Under the pieces are notes generated by a model that searched no databases, was not told the DNA's origin, and saw nothing but the letters and a program-made list of their open reading frames with translations. Below, piece after piece: positions 38,701 through 49,612 of a stretch of DNA of 64,000 nt (the first letter of the stretch is position 1; each line of letters begins with the position of its first letter). This stretch comes from Lophium mytilinum. Lineage: Eukaryota. Made by a program: the position numbers and the translations under genes. The stretch is taken from assembly GCA_010093605.1 (NCBI GenBank), contig MU004197.1, positions 1-64,000 on the forward strand, in the 5' to 3' direction.

Positions 38701-39425
38701 AGAAACGCTGCCGCGAGCAGCTCAAGACAATCGAGATGCACGTCAAAGACCTCGAGCGGATGGACAAGCAAGCCGAGCGCATCTACAACTCCATCACAGA
38801 CCTCCTCGACTTGAAACAGAAACACGCGAACGCGTTCGAGGCGCGCTTTGCGAGGGACCAGGCGGCGGGGACGGCGCGGCAGAGCCAGACGATTATGGTG
38901 TTTACGATTGTCACGATTATTTTTCTGCCGCTGAGTTTTATAGCGGCGTTTTTTACGATTAATATTGAGGAGTTTCCGCGCTTGCCGGATGGGACCGAGG
39001 CGTTGCCGTTGGGGTATGTGAGTAAGTATATGTTTGGGATTGGGTTTGCGATCTCGATTCCGATGATTGTGATTGCGCTGAGTTTGGATGATATTGGGGA
39101 TTATTTTAGGGAGGCGAAGAGGCGGTGGCGGCATCGGAAGGCCCGCAGGCGCGCGAAGAAGCTTAACCGGGGGCGGGTGGGTGCGATGACGGAGAAGACT
39201 GACGCTCTTGAGCTGTTGCGGGTGGAGCAGATGTTGTCGGCGAGGAGGAGTGTGGAGGATGAGTGGATTGGGGAGGGGTTGTTGCCCGTGGCGAGTCGGG
39301 GGACGGTGCAGAGTGTGAGAGTGAATGGTAATGGGAGGGTGGGGAATGGCGGGATTGAGGGGATCAAAAAGGTCAATACCGGGTTTCGGATTCGGACGAG
39401 TCGCGATGTTGAGAGGGGGTTGTAG
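35765..39425 (+). CDS. Ankyrin-repeat + CorA-like Mg2+ transporter domain protein (2 exons)
   Basis: Multiple TPLH/TAL ankyrin repeats. Intron 36936-36996 joins in frame. WIHLPANNM, FMPYLHFE, RRTLDQF, MVDQLWMW, FTIVTIIFLPLSF. Confidence 0.92.
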
Positions 39426-39924
39426 ATGGGGTCAAGAAAGAGAATAGAGGTGGGAGGGGGGATGATTTGATCTTTGAGATACCACTTTAGCAAGCGGGAT
39501 TGGATTGACTTTGGCGTCTAGAGGGCATTGTAGGTCTAATAGAGGGGCGCAGTAAGTGGTTCCTAACGGCATTTAAAGGTCTTCGATCTCATTGTTCGAT
39601 AAGACCTATGGGAGTTATTCTATCTTGCAGCCCTCTCGTTATCATCTCCGCATTCCATCTTAGTCGCCGTCACCTCTTTCTTCATCACTACATTGGCAAC
39701 TCTCTGCATGTGTGGTATGGGGATCCCCATCATCTAGGCATGTTCTATCTTCTTCTACCCACGTGCTTTCCATCTTCACGAAATCGGCATATAAAAGCGT
39801 GTTCACTGTTCTCTCACACCCCATCCCCCCGTATTTTGCGCCGACATGCGCTGTCTACCACTGATGAAGAAACATCTGGAGGGTGCTTTCTCCATCTAAA
39901 ATGGTTCCACATTTGTGCACGCCA

Positions 39925-40560
39925 CGTCTACTAAAAATGAACTCACGCGGTTAGATCCGTTAGTATTTGCGAAATTTCTTACCAAGAGGCCCCCCTAACA
40001 CGTCTACGCGGCGTCTACTCCATAATTACGTTTTGTCTAATTAAAACATATCTACACGATTATATTTCGTAAGTACTTGTAATAATTTTCACTAAAAGGC
40101 CCCCCTGATACGTCTCCGCGGTGTGTAATCCACGAGTATGCTACGTCTAATGGAAATACATCTATACGGTTAGATTTGTAAGTTCTTGTAATACTTCCCA
40201 CCATCGGGGCCTTCCAATACGTCTACGCGGCGTCCAATTCATAAGCACAATATGTCTAACAAAAACACATCTACGCGGTTAGATTGGTGACTAATTGCAA
40301 GACTTCTTACCAAAGAGGAAGCGTGCAGGGCCCTCAGGTCGTGAACACCGCGCGTGGAGCTAAAATGATTTCGCGCGGTTAGATCCGGAAGTACTTGTAA
40401 TATTTCTCACCCAAAGGCTCCCCCAACATGTCTAGGCGGCGTCCAACCCACGAGCACACAGTGTCTAGTAGAAATATATCTTCCCGGTCAGATTGGTGAC
40501 TACTTGCAAGAGTTCTCCCCGAAGACCAAGCTTGCAGGGCCCCCAAGTCGTAGAGGCCAT
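39925..40560. repeat. Degenerate non-coding tandem array, 6 x ~109 bp
   Basis: cggttagat-like anchor at 39947, 40056, 40166, 40275, 40375 and 40484, with shared acttg(t/c)aa, ggcccc, acgtctacgcggcgtc and gtctaa blocks. Confidence 0.88.
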
Positions 40561-40916
40561 TTGCACACCGCCATTCACCCATCTCACAGGTGACTGCCGA
40601 TTCTATTCCTTCTACTAGCAACCAGCCTCCAACCTTTGGACCGCTGCGTCGTGGTAGTCTGGAGATAGGACGAGACCCCTGGGCTGGCTCATCGATCTTC
40701 TTCTTGGGAGCTGTATCGAGCTCACTCTCGTAGCTCTCAAGCCTGCGATTCCTATCTTCCATCATCTGGGAGTGCATAGCCTCGACCTCATTCTAGTCTG
40801 CGAAAGTCCCGGTGAAGACAGTCTCGGCGAAAGTTATCGCGGCGCCAATCGCCAATGCCACTAAGACAACGAAAATAGTCGTATGGTTGAAACCCTTTGG
40901 GTGGTTGTTGTCCTCC

Positions 40917-41715
40917 ATGTTAGTATCGAGGCGGCGGAAGTATGTGGCAAAAGAGAACGTGCCGGCTTCGAAACATAGGTTTGAGGTAGCGTGACGATGC
41001 AGACGCTAGCACGATGGAGGCGGCTTCGACAGCGAAGACGATCAAGACGAGCTCAATGCCTCCAGCCCGCGTCTTCATCCCCAACGCCGCACTCCCGTAA
41101 TCACAGGCCGCGACCGCATCAACTGTCTCTCCACGGAGCTCCTCCACCAAATCTGCACCTACCTCCCCCCAACCCCGCTCAAGAGCTTCCGGCGCCAAAA
41201 CAAGCGCTTCGCCGAAATCGGCGTTGAGTGCCTCTTCACCTCCGCCGAGCCTCCACAAACTCGAAGCCGTGGCGAAAACCCCGCACCTTGCCAGGACGGT
41301 TAAGTCAATCGCCATTGAGATCCCGATTCAACACGCGTCCGACTACCTGCAAGCAAAGCTGCCGGAGGCATGTCGCAATGCCGTAGAAGTCCACGCCCCG
41401 TTCACGCCGGCTGCGAGGCTGGGAGCTGCGGCGCGGGGGATGGGGAGGTGGCAGCCGGAGCGGGAGACGGAGGTGCTGACGTATATTTTCTGGGAGGACA
41501 CGGACTTTTTTCGGAGGCTGAGGTCGGCGGGTTGTAGGGAGGATTGGTTGGAGAGGAAGATAGTGCAGTGTTGGGAGAAGATGGAGTGGGAGGGGCGAAA
41601 TGAGGGGTGGCGGGAGCGGATTTGCGGACAGATTGATGAGATGGGGTTTGAGAACTTGGGGAGGGTGGTCAAGTATCGTAGGGGGCATCGTAATGTGCCG
41701 GACTGGTGCTACTAG
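40917..41715 (+). pseudogene. F-box paralog 1 (two stops plus frameshift)
   Basis: DRINCLSTELLHQICTYLPPTPLKSFRRQNKRFAEIG from 41112. TGA at 40992 and TAG at 41007 upstream in the same frame. A deletion near 41240 shifts into ORF 41224-41715 (LHKLEAVAKTPHLARTVKSI). Confidence 0.75.
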
Positions 41716-42498
41716 GAGGTATTCGAGAATGTGTAGATGGAGGGAAAGCTAGTTGTAGGCTAGATAGCGATTTTTAGGTGTATAGAGACTAGAGAGCACG
41801 ACAGATGCACAAAGGCGCCCACTCTACTTCAAAAGAAGATGTTGGACTTCCTGACAGAGACCTAGTTCCAAGACGGATGCACTCTGCTATCTCTCGTCTA
41901 TAAGCGTTGGCACTAGATAGTTTTGTATATCAATCTATATTGTCTAGATACTCCCATTTCTTCATGATTTCATACCCATTAATCTCTATCGTGATCAAGT
42001 CCCGGGCGCGAGGAACTTCCTATGTTTGCGACCTTTCAACGAGCATGTGAAATGCTGCGTTTGCTGAGAGACCTCTCACTTGTCTTACTTCTTAAATTCG
42101 GAGTTCAAATTCAGCTGTCCGCTTAGACACTCATATTCATCATCTGGGATCTATTTTCTCTGCATATAGCTAGCGTTGAACTTTTTCACCACCAGTGAAG
42201 GAACTGGACTGGAGCCATCTGGGTTAGACTGGATAGCAGCATCCTCAAAAGGCCGGGAGCTCCTTCTTTTTCTCGAGCTACCTCATGTATTTGACGAAGC
42301 TAACTAGATTTCTTGAGAAAACTCCTATCCTAATAACGGTTACGATAGAGACGTCAGTTGTCACGTGATTAGAGCCCTAGCTATCTCTGGAAGCTTGGAA
42401 AGACCACACGCCCAAAATCTCGCTGACCTCCGGCTCCACTTCAACCCATCACCTTAGCCCTACCATCTTCACATCTCATCTACCTCCTGCGTCACTCC

Positions 42499-43584
42499 AT
42501 GATGAGACGCAGGCACATCATCAGGTCACCCGGCCATGCGGCCATCACCGACGCAGCTATCATCGCAGCCGGGTCTTTGGAGGTTGTGGAGGGAAAAGAG
42601 CATGCGAATCGAACGCCCTTCACGCCGGTGACCACGATGTCAAGCAGCAACGACTCTTTTGAACCAACAGCTCTGAGAACCAAGCCATCAGACGCCTTGC
42701 TCACCACCACAAACCCGACGACGAAGCTACATGGGAGGGTTCAGGACACGGCCACCGGAGAGCAAGAAGATGAGGATGTAGAGAGACCTGATAGCAATGC
42801 GGAGAATCTAGAGCACGAGATGAGGTCCCATCTCGATCAAGTAACGACCCAGCTTGAGGAGACACACGTGATGCCTGTGCAAGGGACCCTCTACAACCTC
42901 ACCGCGGAAGATCCGCTCCTGGCACCTACCGAGGCATCAGTATACTCTGAGACCAACGGCGTCAACTATATCGACCGCCTGCCGACCGAGCTCTTGCACT
43001 CCATCTGCGAGTATCTTCCTCCTGGCACCATCGGACACCTTCGGGGCATGAACAAACGCTTCGCAGCCATCGGCGCCGAATACCACTTCCCAAAGATCGT
43101 GGTGCGATTTTCGCAGGGGAGCTTGGAGCGACTGAAGATGATAGCGGCAAGCGAGAACTTGGCGAGGGGAGTGCGGTACATCTACATCTAGGTACCGTTC
43201 GACAAGAGAGAAGACTCCTGGAAGCAATCTGTAAGAGATCATTGTTTCGGCGACGGGGGATTCTTCAGCCCCGCTTATGCTGAGGAGTTCATTAATACCT
43301 TCAATTCTCAGTGGAAAAAACCGCATACCCGGGACCTCGATGTCATTGTGCGCATCTACATGGATGATCCTGGCTATTCTCACAAGACGAAGCTCAAGTC
43401 TGACATGCAGTTCAGGACTAACAGCGAGAGCTTATTCAAGGGTATGGTGGAGGACTATCGGGAGATAGTGGAGTGGGAAGAACTGAATTCTGAGACCTGG
43501 TGCTTTGTCGTGCAGAATGAGATTGAGAATTTGCTGTTTCCAAACTTGAAGGAAGTGAGCATCGATTGGGCTGGAGACCATTGA
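42499..43584 (+). pseudogene. F-box paralog 2 with premature stop
   Basis: YIDRLPTELLHSICEYLPPGTIGHLRGMNKRFAAIG. TAG at 43189-43191, after which the frame stays open into ORF 43348-43584 (FPNLKEVSI). True start may be 42637. Confidence 0.78.
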
Positions 43585-44376
43585 GCTGTTGGACTTGGTG
43601 TCAGTTCATGCGGGATAGAACTAGGGCCCTGTCTTTTCGAGGCCAGAAGAGGTAAGTGTCGTGTGGACTTCGTCAGTGTACGCCTCCTAGTTCTGCTTAT
43701 GTGCTTGATCTCTCGGCATGAAGTCATAAGCTTCAAGGTCTCAAGGTTCGGTAAGGAGCTTCTCTACCAAAAGAAACGGGGTTCAAAATAGGCACACTCT
43801 ACTTTTCTTCCTTTAGATATGCGGGTAATGAAAAGACTTATTCCCCACTCCTGAGTTTTGATATACATACGTTCGCAAACATGTCGTTTCTCCTGACTCG
43901 GACCAAAACATCGCTTTTGATCGAGAAGATCTATAGCATTTATAGCGAAGTGAATGCTATGCCACAATATTCTTAGGTCCAAGGTTTTTTTGATGTGCTA
44001 AAGCATCAATGTATACTACTGGTGTTCCGCGCTTCTGGGAAAAAGTCTGAGACCGAAAACGAGGCAAGGAAGTGATATGAAGCGGAATTCTGCTGATCTC
44101 TACAGGAATTTACGTAGTTACAAGGGAGGAGGCTTAGAGGTATCAGTGCTTGGGACATGAAGTAGATCGGGTCATGCCTATCTATCCTGTGTTGAGACGA
44201 CGACGATCTAATGTGAAAGTATAAGCGCACGGCCCCCGTCACTAACGGAACCTAACGGCCGATTCATTCAAACAAACCTATAGTCCACCCATCAGGCCCG
44301 CCCCTCCCCCCCCAAACATCGCCCCATCACGCCATCACCCTCATAGGTTCGCATCCCTCTCACTGCCTTGTCCGAA

Positions 44377-45456
44377 ATGGCGAACGCCCGCGATGATAAC
44401 GTTGTCGCTGGGAACGCCGTCGTTAAAGCCCCTGCGGCAATCCCCATCGGTGACACTTTCAATTCCAGCACTGGTTCAGGGCGAACGTCACCAGCGGCAT
44501 ATATACCGCCGAGCAACTTCGAATCCTCTTCGGAGCAGACTACAACCGGCGACCCATCCAACACTGAAGCACACACCATATTCCAACCTCCTACGATGGA
44601 GAAAGCGGCAACCACGACCGCTAGCTGGTCACACAGCCAATCCACAATCGCGATGCCTCGCAACTCCGCGTCTTCAGAACTTGAGCCCGCTCCCGTCATC
44701 CAGCCCACCACACCAGGGAACCCTCAAATCGACCATCACACTGCCTCGAACCAATCTCCAGCAGAGACAAGAGAAGAGGAGCAGTCTGGAACCATAGCAA
44801 AGAAGAAGACATCGGAAGCTCTTAATCACATCAGATGCCTTCCTGCTGAGCTCCTTCTTGATGTCTGCAGTCGCCTGGACTTTCACGATCTAAAGGCATT
44901 CCGGGGCGTCAACAAGTGTTTCGCCGATATCGGCACCGAGCATCTCTTCTCCCGTGTCACCGTCAACTTCTCGGAGGACAGCTACGACAGGTTCAAGAAC
45001 GTCTGCGCGAACGAGCGCATCGCCGGCACCGTGCGATCTGTGTCAATCCAGCAACCTCTACAATGCATGAGCGATGCATACAAGAGGCTCCACTGGGAAT
45101 ACATGGACGTTATTACTAACCATTTTGGTGCGTGGGCTTACGAAACCCAAATTGCATCTGAATCGGAACGAAAGGTCATGGAATATCTCTTTTTGGAGAA
45201 TCCAGAGCTCTTCAGGTCTGTTTTGGATGAGTATGAGAACGCGCGAACTTTAGGATTTAGTAATGCTTTCAAGGCGAAGAACTTGGAAACTGAGCAGAAG
45301 ATGAGGTGGGAAGAAGGACGGTGGGCATGCTGGGTTGAGCTGGTGGCAATGAAGGCGAAGTGCTTGCCGAATTTGAGAGAGGTGACGGTCTTTGATTGGG
45401 CTCATCCAGCCATGGTTGAAGGTGTGGAGTGGTCACGAGATGGGGCGAGTAGTTGA
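44377..45456 (+). CDS. F-box paralog 3, intact
   Basis: HIRCLPAELLLDVCSRLDFHDLKAFRGVNKCFADIG, C-terminal LPNLREVTV. Confidence 0.82.
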   Translation: MANARDDNVVAGNAVVKAPAAIPIGDTFNSSTGSGRTSPAAYIPPSNFESSSEQTTTGDPSNTEAHTIFQPPTMEKAATTTASWSHSQSTIAMPRNSASSELEPAPVIQPTTPGNPQIDHHTASNQSPAETREEEQSGTIAKKKTSEALNHIRCLPAELLLDVCSRLDFHDLKAFRGVNKCFADIGTEHLFSRVTVNFSEDSYDRFKNVCANERIAGTVRSVSIQQPLQCMSDAYKRLHWEYMDVITNHFGAWAYETQIASESERKVMEYLFLENPELFRSVLDEYENARTLGFSNAFKAKNLETEQKMRWEEGRWACWVELVAMKAKCLPNLREVTVFDWAHPAMVEGVEWSRDGASS

Positions 45457-45994
45457 GAGAGACGATGCCGACAGGCTCTGGGTCTTCTATTTGTCACTCT
45501 AAACTCTGGTAAGAACAATCGAATTGAGTATCGGTTCCAACTGAGTTGGATACAGGTCATGTAAATACCTTCATGACCTTCCAACTTGAGCACGACCTGA
45601 TTGCGCTTACTTATACAGACTACTGGAATTTGCATGCTTTCAAATACTTAATGACGATGCGATGGCTCCACCAATACACGAACGACCGTAATCACTACAA
45701 CTCCTTTGCTGACTCTCATTCTCCCCAAGATCCCTTCCCTGCTGACTCCTACACGTCAATAGTTGTGAGGTAATTTTAGAATATTGATTGGTGTGCTCAA
45801 AATGCTGGAACAGCATTGATGTTGCCTACGACAAGATCCTCAAATACTCTCCCACCCCATCTCGCTACAAGACTATCCCACAAACCCGGGGGACGCGAAG
45901 TTGACTTTTCTAACATCCCGAGAGTATGCCCATCCACTGGGATTGAATAAGGTTGTTCCTCCCTCCCCAAGCTCGTCAAAGGCCATACTAACTT

Positions 45995-46614
45995 TCAGCC
46001 CCTCGCATACTCCACCATTGTGCCAACAACACAAACAGACGAAAGTATCAAGCAACCAGCAGCTATACACCGTGCCTCCCAAGCGTTCCCATATGGAGTC
46101 TGCAAAGCCGCTATTGCAGCCCCAGCAAACATAAGTACTGCAACAGCGGGAAGCATCCAGGTGTTGCAGTACGCCGAATGCATGATTAAGATAGAGAAGA
46201 CATCCATGATCAAGCAGAAGAAGAGGCCGCCAACCCAGATCATTTCCTCCCGACTGCACGTACGCCGATAATGTCGCAAGCTCCTACGAACCTCTTGAGG
46301 TCGCAATTTGTATCTCGCTAAGGCCCACAGCTCCCCCAGCTCGGCGCATAGAGCGTCGTGTGGCAGATTGGGCAAGAGTTGCTCTTTTTGAGCCCGTTCC
46401 GTAGGCACGAGCGGCCAATGAAGTGATAGCAGTTTGGATGTGTATGGATGAGGGCGCCCATGTGTTTGGCGCTGAAGGGTTTTAGGCAGAGAGGGCAGTG
46501 CTTTCGGCGGCCGTGGAGGATGTTTTGGATTGAGAGTGGGGTTGTAGGGAGGTGATAGACGTAGCTGTCCCAGACTTGTTCGACGGTTTGAGCAGGGCGG
46601 TAGCGAGACAGCGT
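45995..46614 (-). pseudogene. RING + transmembrane protein paralog 1 (ACG start, frameshift)
   Basis: CPLC..CYHFIGRSC..CPIC in the frame of ORF 46318-46626. Hydrophobic helices lie in the frame of ORF 45995-46408. ACG at 46614 sits where the paralog has ATG (TLSRYRP vs MPHIYRP). Confidence 0.68.
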
Positions 46615-47555
46615 TGGTGAGATCAAGGGTTGTAGGTACGGAAGGCTGAATGGAGTATTAATGAAGGGTTGAGACTTAGTAGAGTGAAAGGTGGAGGCGG
46701 AGAAATATCGGGTGGCTACCTTGGGTTGACATGTGAAAGTGAGCTAAGTCGGTTTTTTGGGGTATAAATACCATAATATTTTGGTGGTATCCAAAAGAAA
46801 TTGGGATCTGATGCACCGTGCCGGGCGATGACTTGACACTTGTGTTACAGCCGCACGCCACACCAAACGGCACACCGCATCGCATAAGGATCCATTGACG
46901 CCGTGCCGGGCGATGACATAGCCCACCCAACCATAGCCAGCAATGGCTCGGTGGGTTAGAGCTCCTCGCTATTCCAAACCGCACATTAAGGTTGCCGATT
47001 TCTACTTTTTTTGTCTTTCTTTTTGCTCCCTGGAGGTCTCGGTTCGAATCGCGCAGTGGCCATCTATATTTCTTTTTTGAATTCGCTTAGCAATGTGTAC
47101 ACACAACATTTGATCAAGACTCTTCGCTTTTCCATCGGCAGCTCTTGTCACTTTTGCAGTGTATTCGGTCCTATTATTCAGTTCCCGCTCTAAGCAGTCT
47201 GACCAATCTTGCTTCCTCTGAAAGTCGTATGGGGTGGGGTGAGCGGTTTGGGATGTGTATGAGACAGAAATCGGCGGCTTGAATTCGGTCACAGTTGCTC
47301 CATTTCTCAGATAGATGGAATGAATCCGGCGAAAGAGGGTTCTACGTCACAGTCACCCATGAAGATTGTCGAATAGGTAGATGGGCTATTGACAACGGCA
47401 TGAACAATATAATGCAGCTTTTGAATTCGACCTCCCAACGTCCGCACCCTAAGCTAAACAGTGACACCGAAGTCCAAACATCCGAACTAAGGCATGGAAC
47501 TACAGTGTAGACTAGTGGTAGCATACATAAGACTTTACTCGAATGGCTTTCCGAC

Positions 47556-48620
47556 TTAACCCGCCATCCACCTCAATATCCTTCTTCTCGTGACTTGCCC
47601 GTCCGGGTTCCATCGTACCCAAGCTACAAAAAGGGCTGAGCTGCCGACTACCATCCCCCAGACAGGCTTCATGATCACCGCCTGAACTAACATAGCCTTC
47701 TTGATCTCGATGATGAGCGACAAAAAGAAGAAGAACCGTTGCCATCGACTTCCGTTCTCCTGCCCTAGAAAGAGAAATATGCAGCCAATCGTGACGAGGA
47801 AGTCCATAACGAGGACAGCGTCCCAATTGAAGCCAATCTCAAGGAACGAGTACGATAAAGTCATGTAGGCGCCGTAGGATACGCAGAAGTACATGCCGGG
47901 GTTGCTCCATTCTTCCCACTCGTCCACGCGTCGTTGTTGCTCAGCCTGCCAATACTGAGGATTATGAGAGTGAGTGATAAGCTGCTGCAGGCGGGATTGA
48001 GCATGGCGACGACGCAGGGCCTGATCCTGTTGAGGCGACGAGTTCCAGGTCTGCGCATCCTGGGAATCCGCTTCATCCTGCCCCTGTCCGAGTCCCAGTT
48101 GCAGATGCTGCAGCTCCTCGGGCCCGTCCTGGTCCTCCAACGTCAATTCCTCGTCCCAGCCACTCTGCACCAACCCATCGAAATCATACTCCCACCCAAG
48201 CAACTCTAGCGCTTCTATGAGTAAACCTTCCCGCTCCACGGCTCCCATCTGCGGGCGATCCGCCTCCCAGTCCCGCCTCGCCGCCGCTAGATCCTCGCGC
48301 ACCTCGGCCAATATCTTGTGAGTAACCTCTCGAACCATCTCTTCATACTGATCCTGCTCAAGACGTGGCGGCCAGAAATCCGCGCTTGGGCCGTAGAGAG
48401 TGTTACGGCAAATCGGACAAGTCTTTTTGTTTACGAGCCACGCGATGAGACAGTTCTGTCCGAAGATATGGCGGCACTGGGGATGGCCGGATGTGAGGAA
48501 CGCGCGGTGGTCGGTCGTGTTGAATGGGTGGATGCAGATTGCGCAGCTGTCGGGGACTTCGGTGAAGTCGCGTGCGAGAAACTCGGCGAGAGTATTGGGA
48601 GGGCGGTAGATGTGAGGCAT
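47556..48620 (-). CDS. RING-finger E3 ligase-like protein with C-terminal TM helices
   Basis: CAIC..CRHIFGQNC..CPIC, acidic Q/E linker, about 4 hydrophobic segments. Confidence 0.85.
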   Translation of the reverse strand: MPHIYRPPNTLAEFLARDFTEVPDSCAICIHPFNTTDHRAFLTSGHPQCRHIFGQNCLIAWLVNKKTCPICRNTLYGPSADFWPPRLEQDQYEEMVREVTHKILAEVREDLAAARRDWEADRPQMGAVEREGLLIEALELLGWEYDFDGLVQSGWDEELTLEDQDGPEELQHLQLGLGQGQDEADSQDAQTWNSSPQQDQALRRRHAQSRLQQLITHSHNPQYWQAEQQRRVDEWEEWSNPGMYFCVSYGAYMTLSYSFLEIGFNWDAVLVMDFLVTIGCIFLFLGQENGSRWQRFFFFLSLIIEIKKAMLVQAVIMKPVWGMVVGSSALFVAWVRWNPDGQVTRRRILRWMAG

Positions 48621-49612
48621 GATCGCTAGACGTTTTGTGGGTGTTTTATGGGTGTTTTGTGGGCGCGTGGTTGAATTGATGGTGTGGAGAATGGCGGAAC
48701 TTGGACTGGTGTTTGCTGAGAGTGAGAACTTGATCGGATGGTGTTCCTGATTCGTAGAAGCACCGCGGGTGAATGCAGGCTCACGTGATGAATTGATCTC
48801 TCTCAAAAGTCATGAAAAGCGAACATTTGACTGATAATCCAGTGCTTCAGATCTACGGGATTGAATCCAAGAAGAACAGTGTTTCTTGAGGGCGAAGCTG
48901 AGCTCGAGCTGCGTTGTGGATGAGATGAGGAGTTTGAGGAGCCTCAAAAAGAATCGTGGACGGAACATTATTTCTTAGAGCCGGTTCTATTGACTTATAA
49001 CTACGGCTGCCGCTTAATGTGGGAATCCCAAATGCTATAAATTTGAGGTCATTGATCATCCAAAGCTGTCTTCTCATCCTGTCAGGTAGAGAGATTATAC
49101 TCAGAGGAAAAACAGGTTTGTACAAGTATGACACTAGGAACAACGTTCGAAAGATTTATGGGCGAGGCTCCGTCGTATAATCATGAATCTCAAGTGACAA
49201 TCAAGAATGCTGGTCTCAGACAATCACTACATAGAGGAGAGAAAGTCACAGTACACAAGCGGTCGTCGAAATGAAGGGCAGTGATCACTGTGACATTGTA
49301 CGTCTAGTCGAATTGGCTTCTGACTAACTACCATGGAGACTAGCTACGAGTTGTGGTCCAAACCGTGTAGGAGACATTCAAGGACGTCCCACAGTCGACC
49401 AGTATTGTGCTATGAGGTCACTGCGAGCCGCCACAAACCATACTAACGAAGTAGGCGCAGACCTTTGGTTTGGAGGAGTCGGCAGACTCTCAGAGACCTC
49501 ATGAGAGAATGCTAAATTTCCACAATCTAAAGACCCAAACAGCTCGTATGCCCTAGGAGCTCAAGAAAAAAGGTCCCGACATCCCCGCAGAGGGCTGGCG
49601 ACCATCAATAAG

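Noticed and set aside
38024..39134. Long alternate-frame and antisense ORFs inside the ankyrin-CorA gene
   Set aside because: By-products of strong GC3 codon bias in the real gene.
39925..40560. CRISPR-like interpretation of the 109-bp array
   Set aside because: Eukaryotic context, the intervening sequences are homologous to each other, the repeats are not identical, and no cas genes are present.
47002..47524. Short minus-strand ORFs between RING genes
   Set aside because: No motif, weak starts and no supporting splice pattern.
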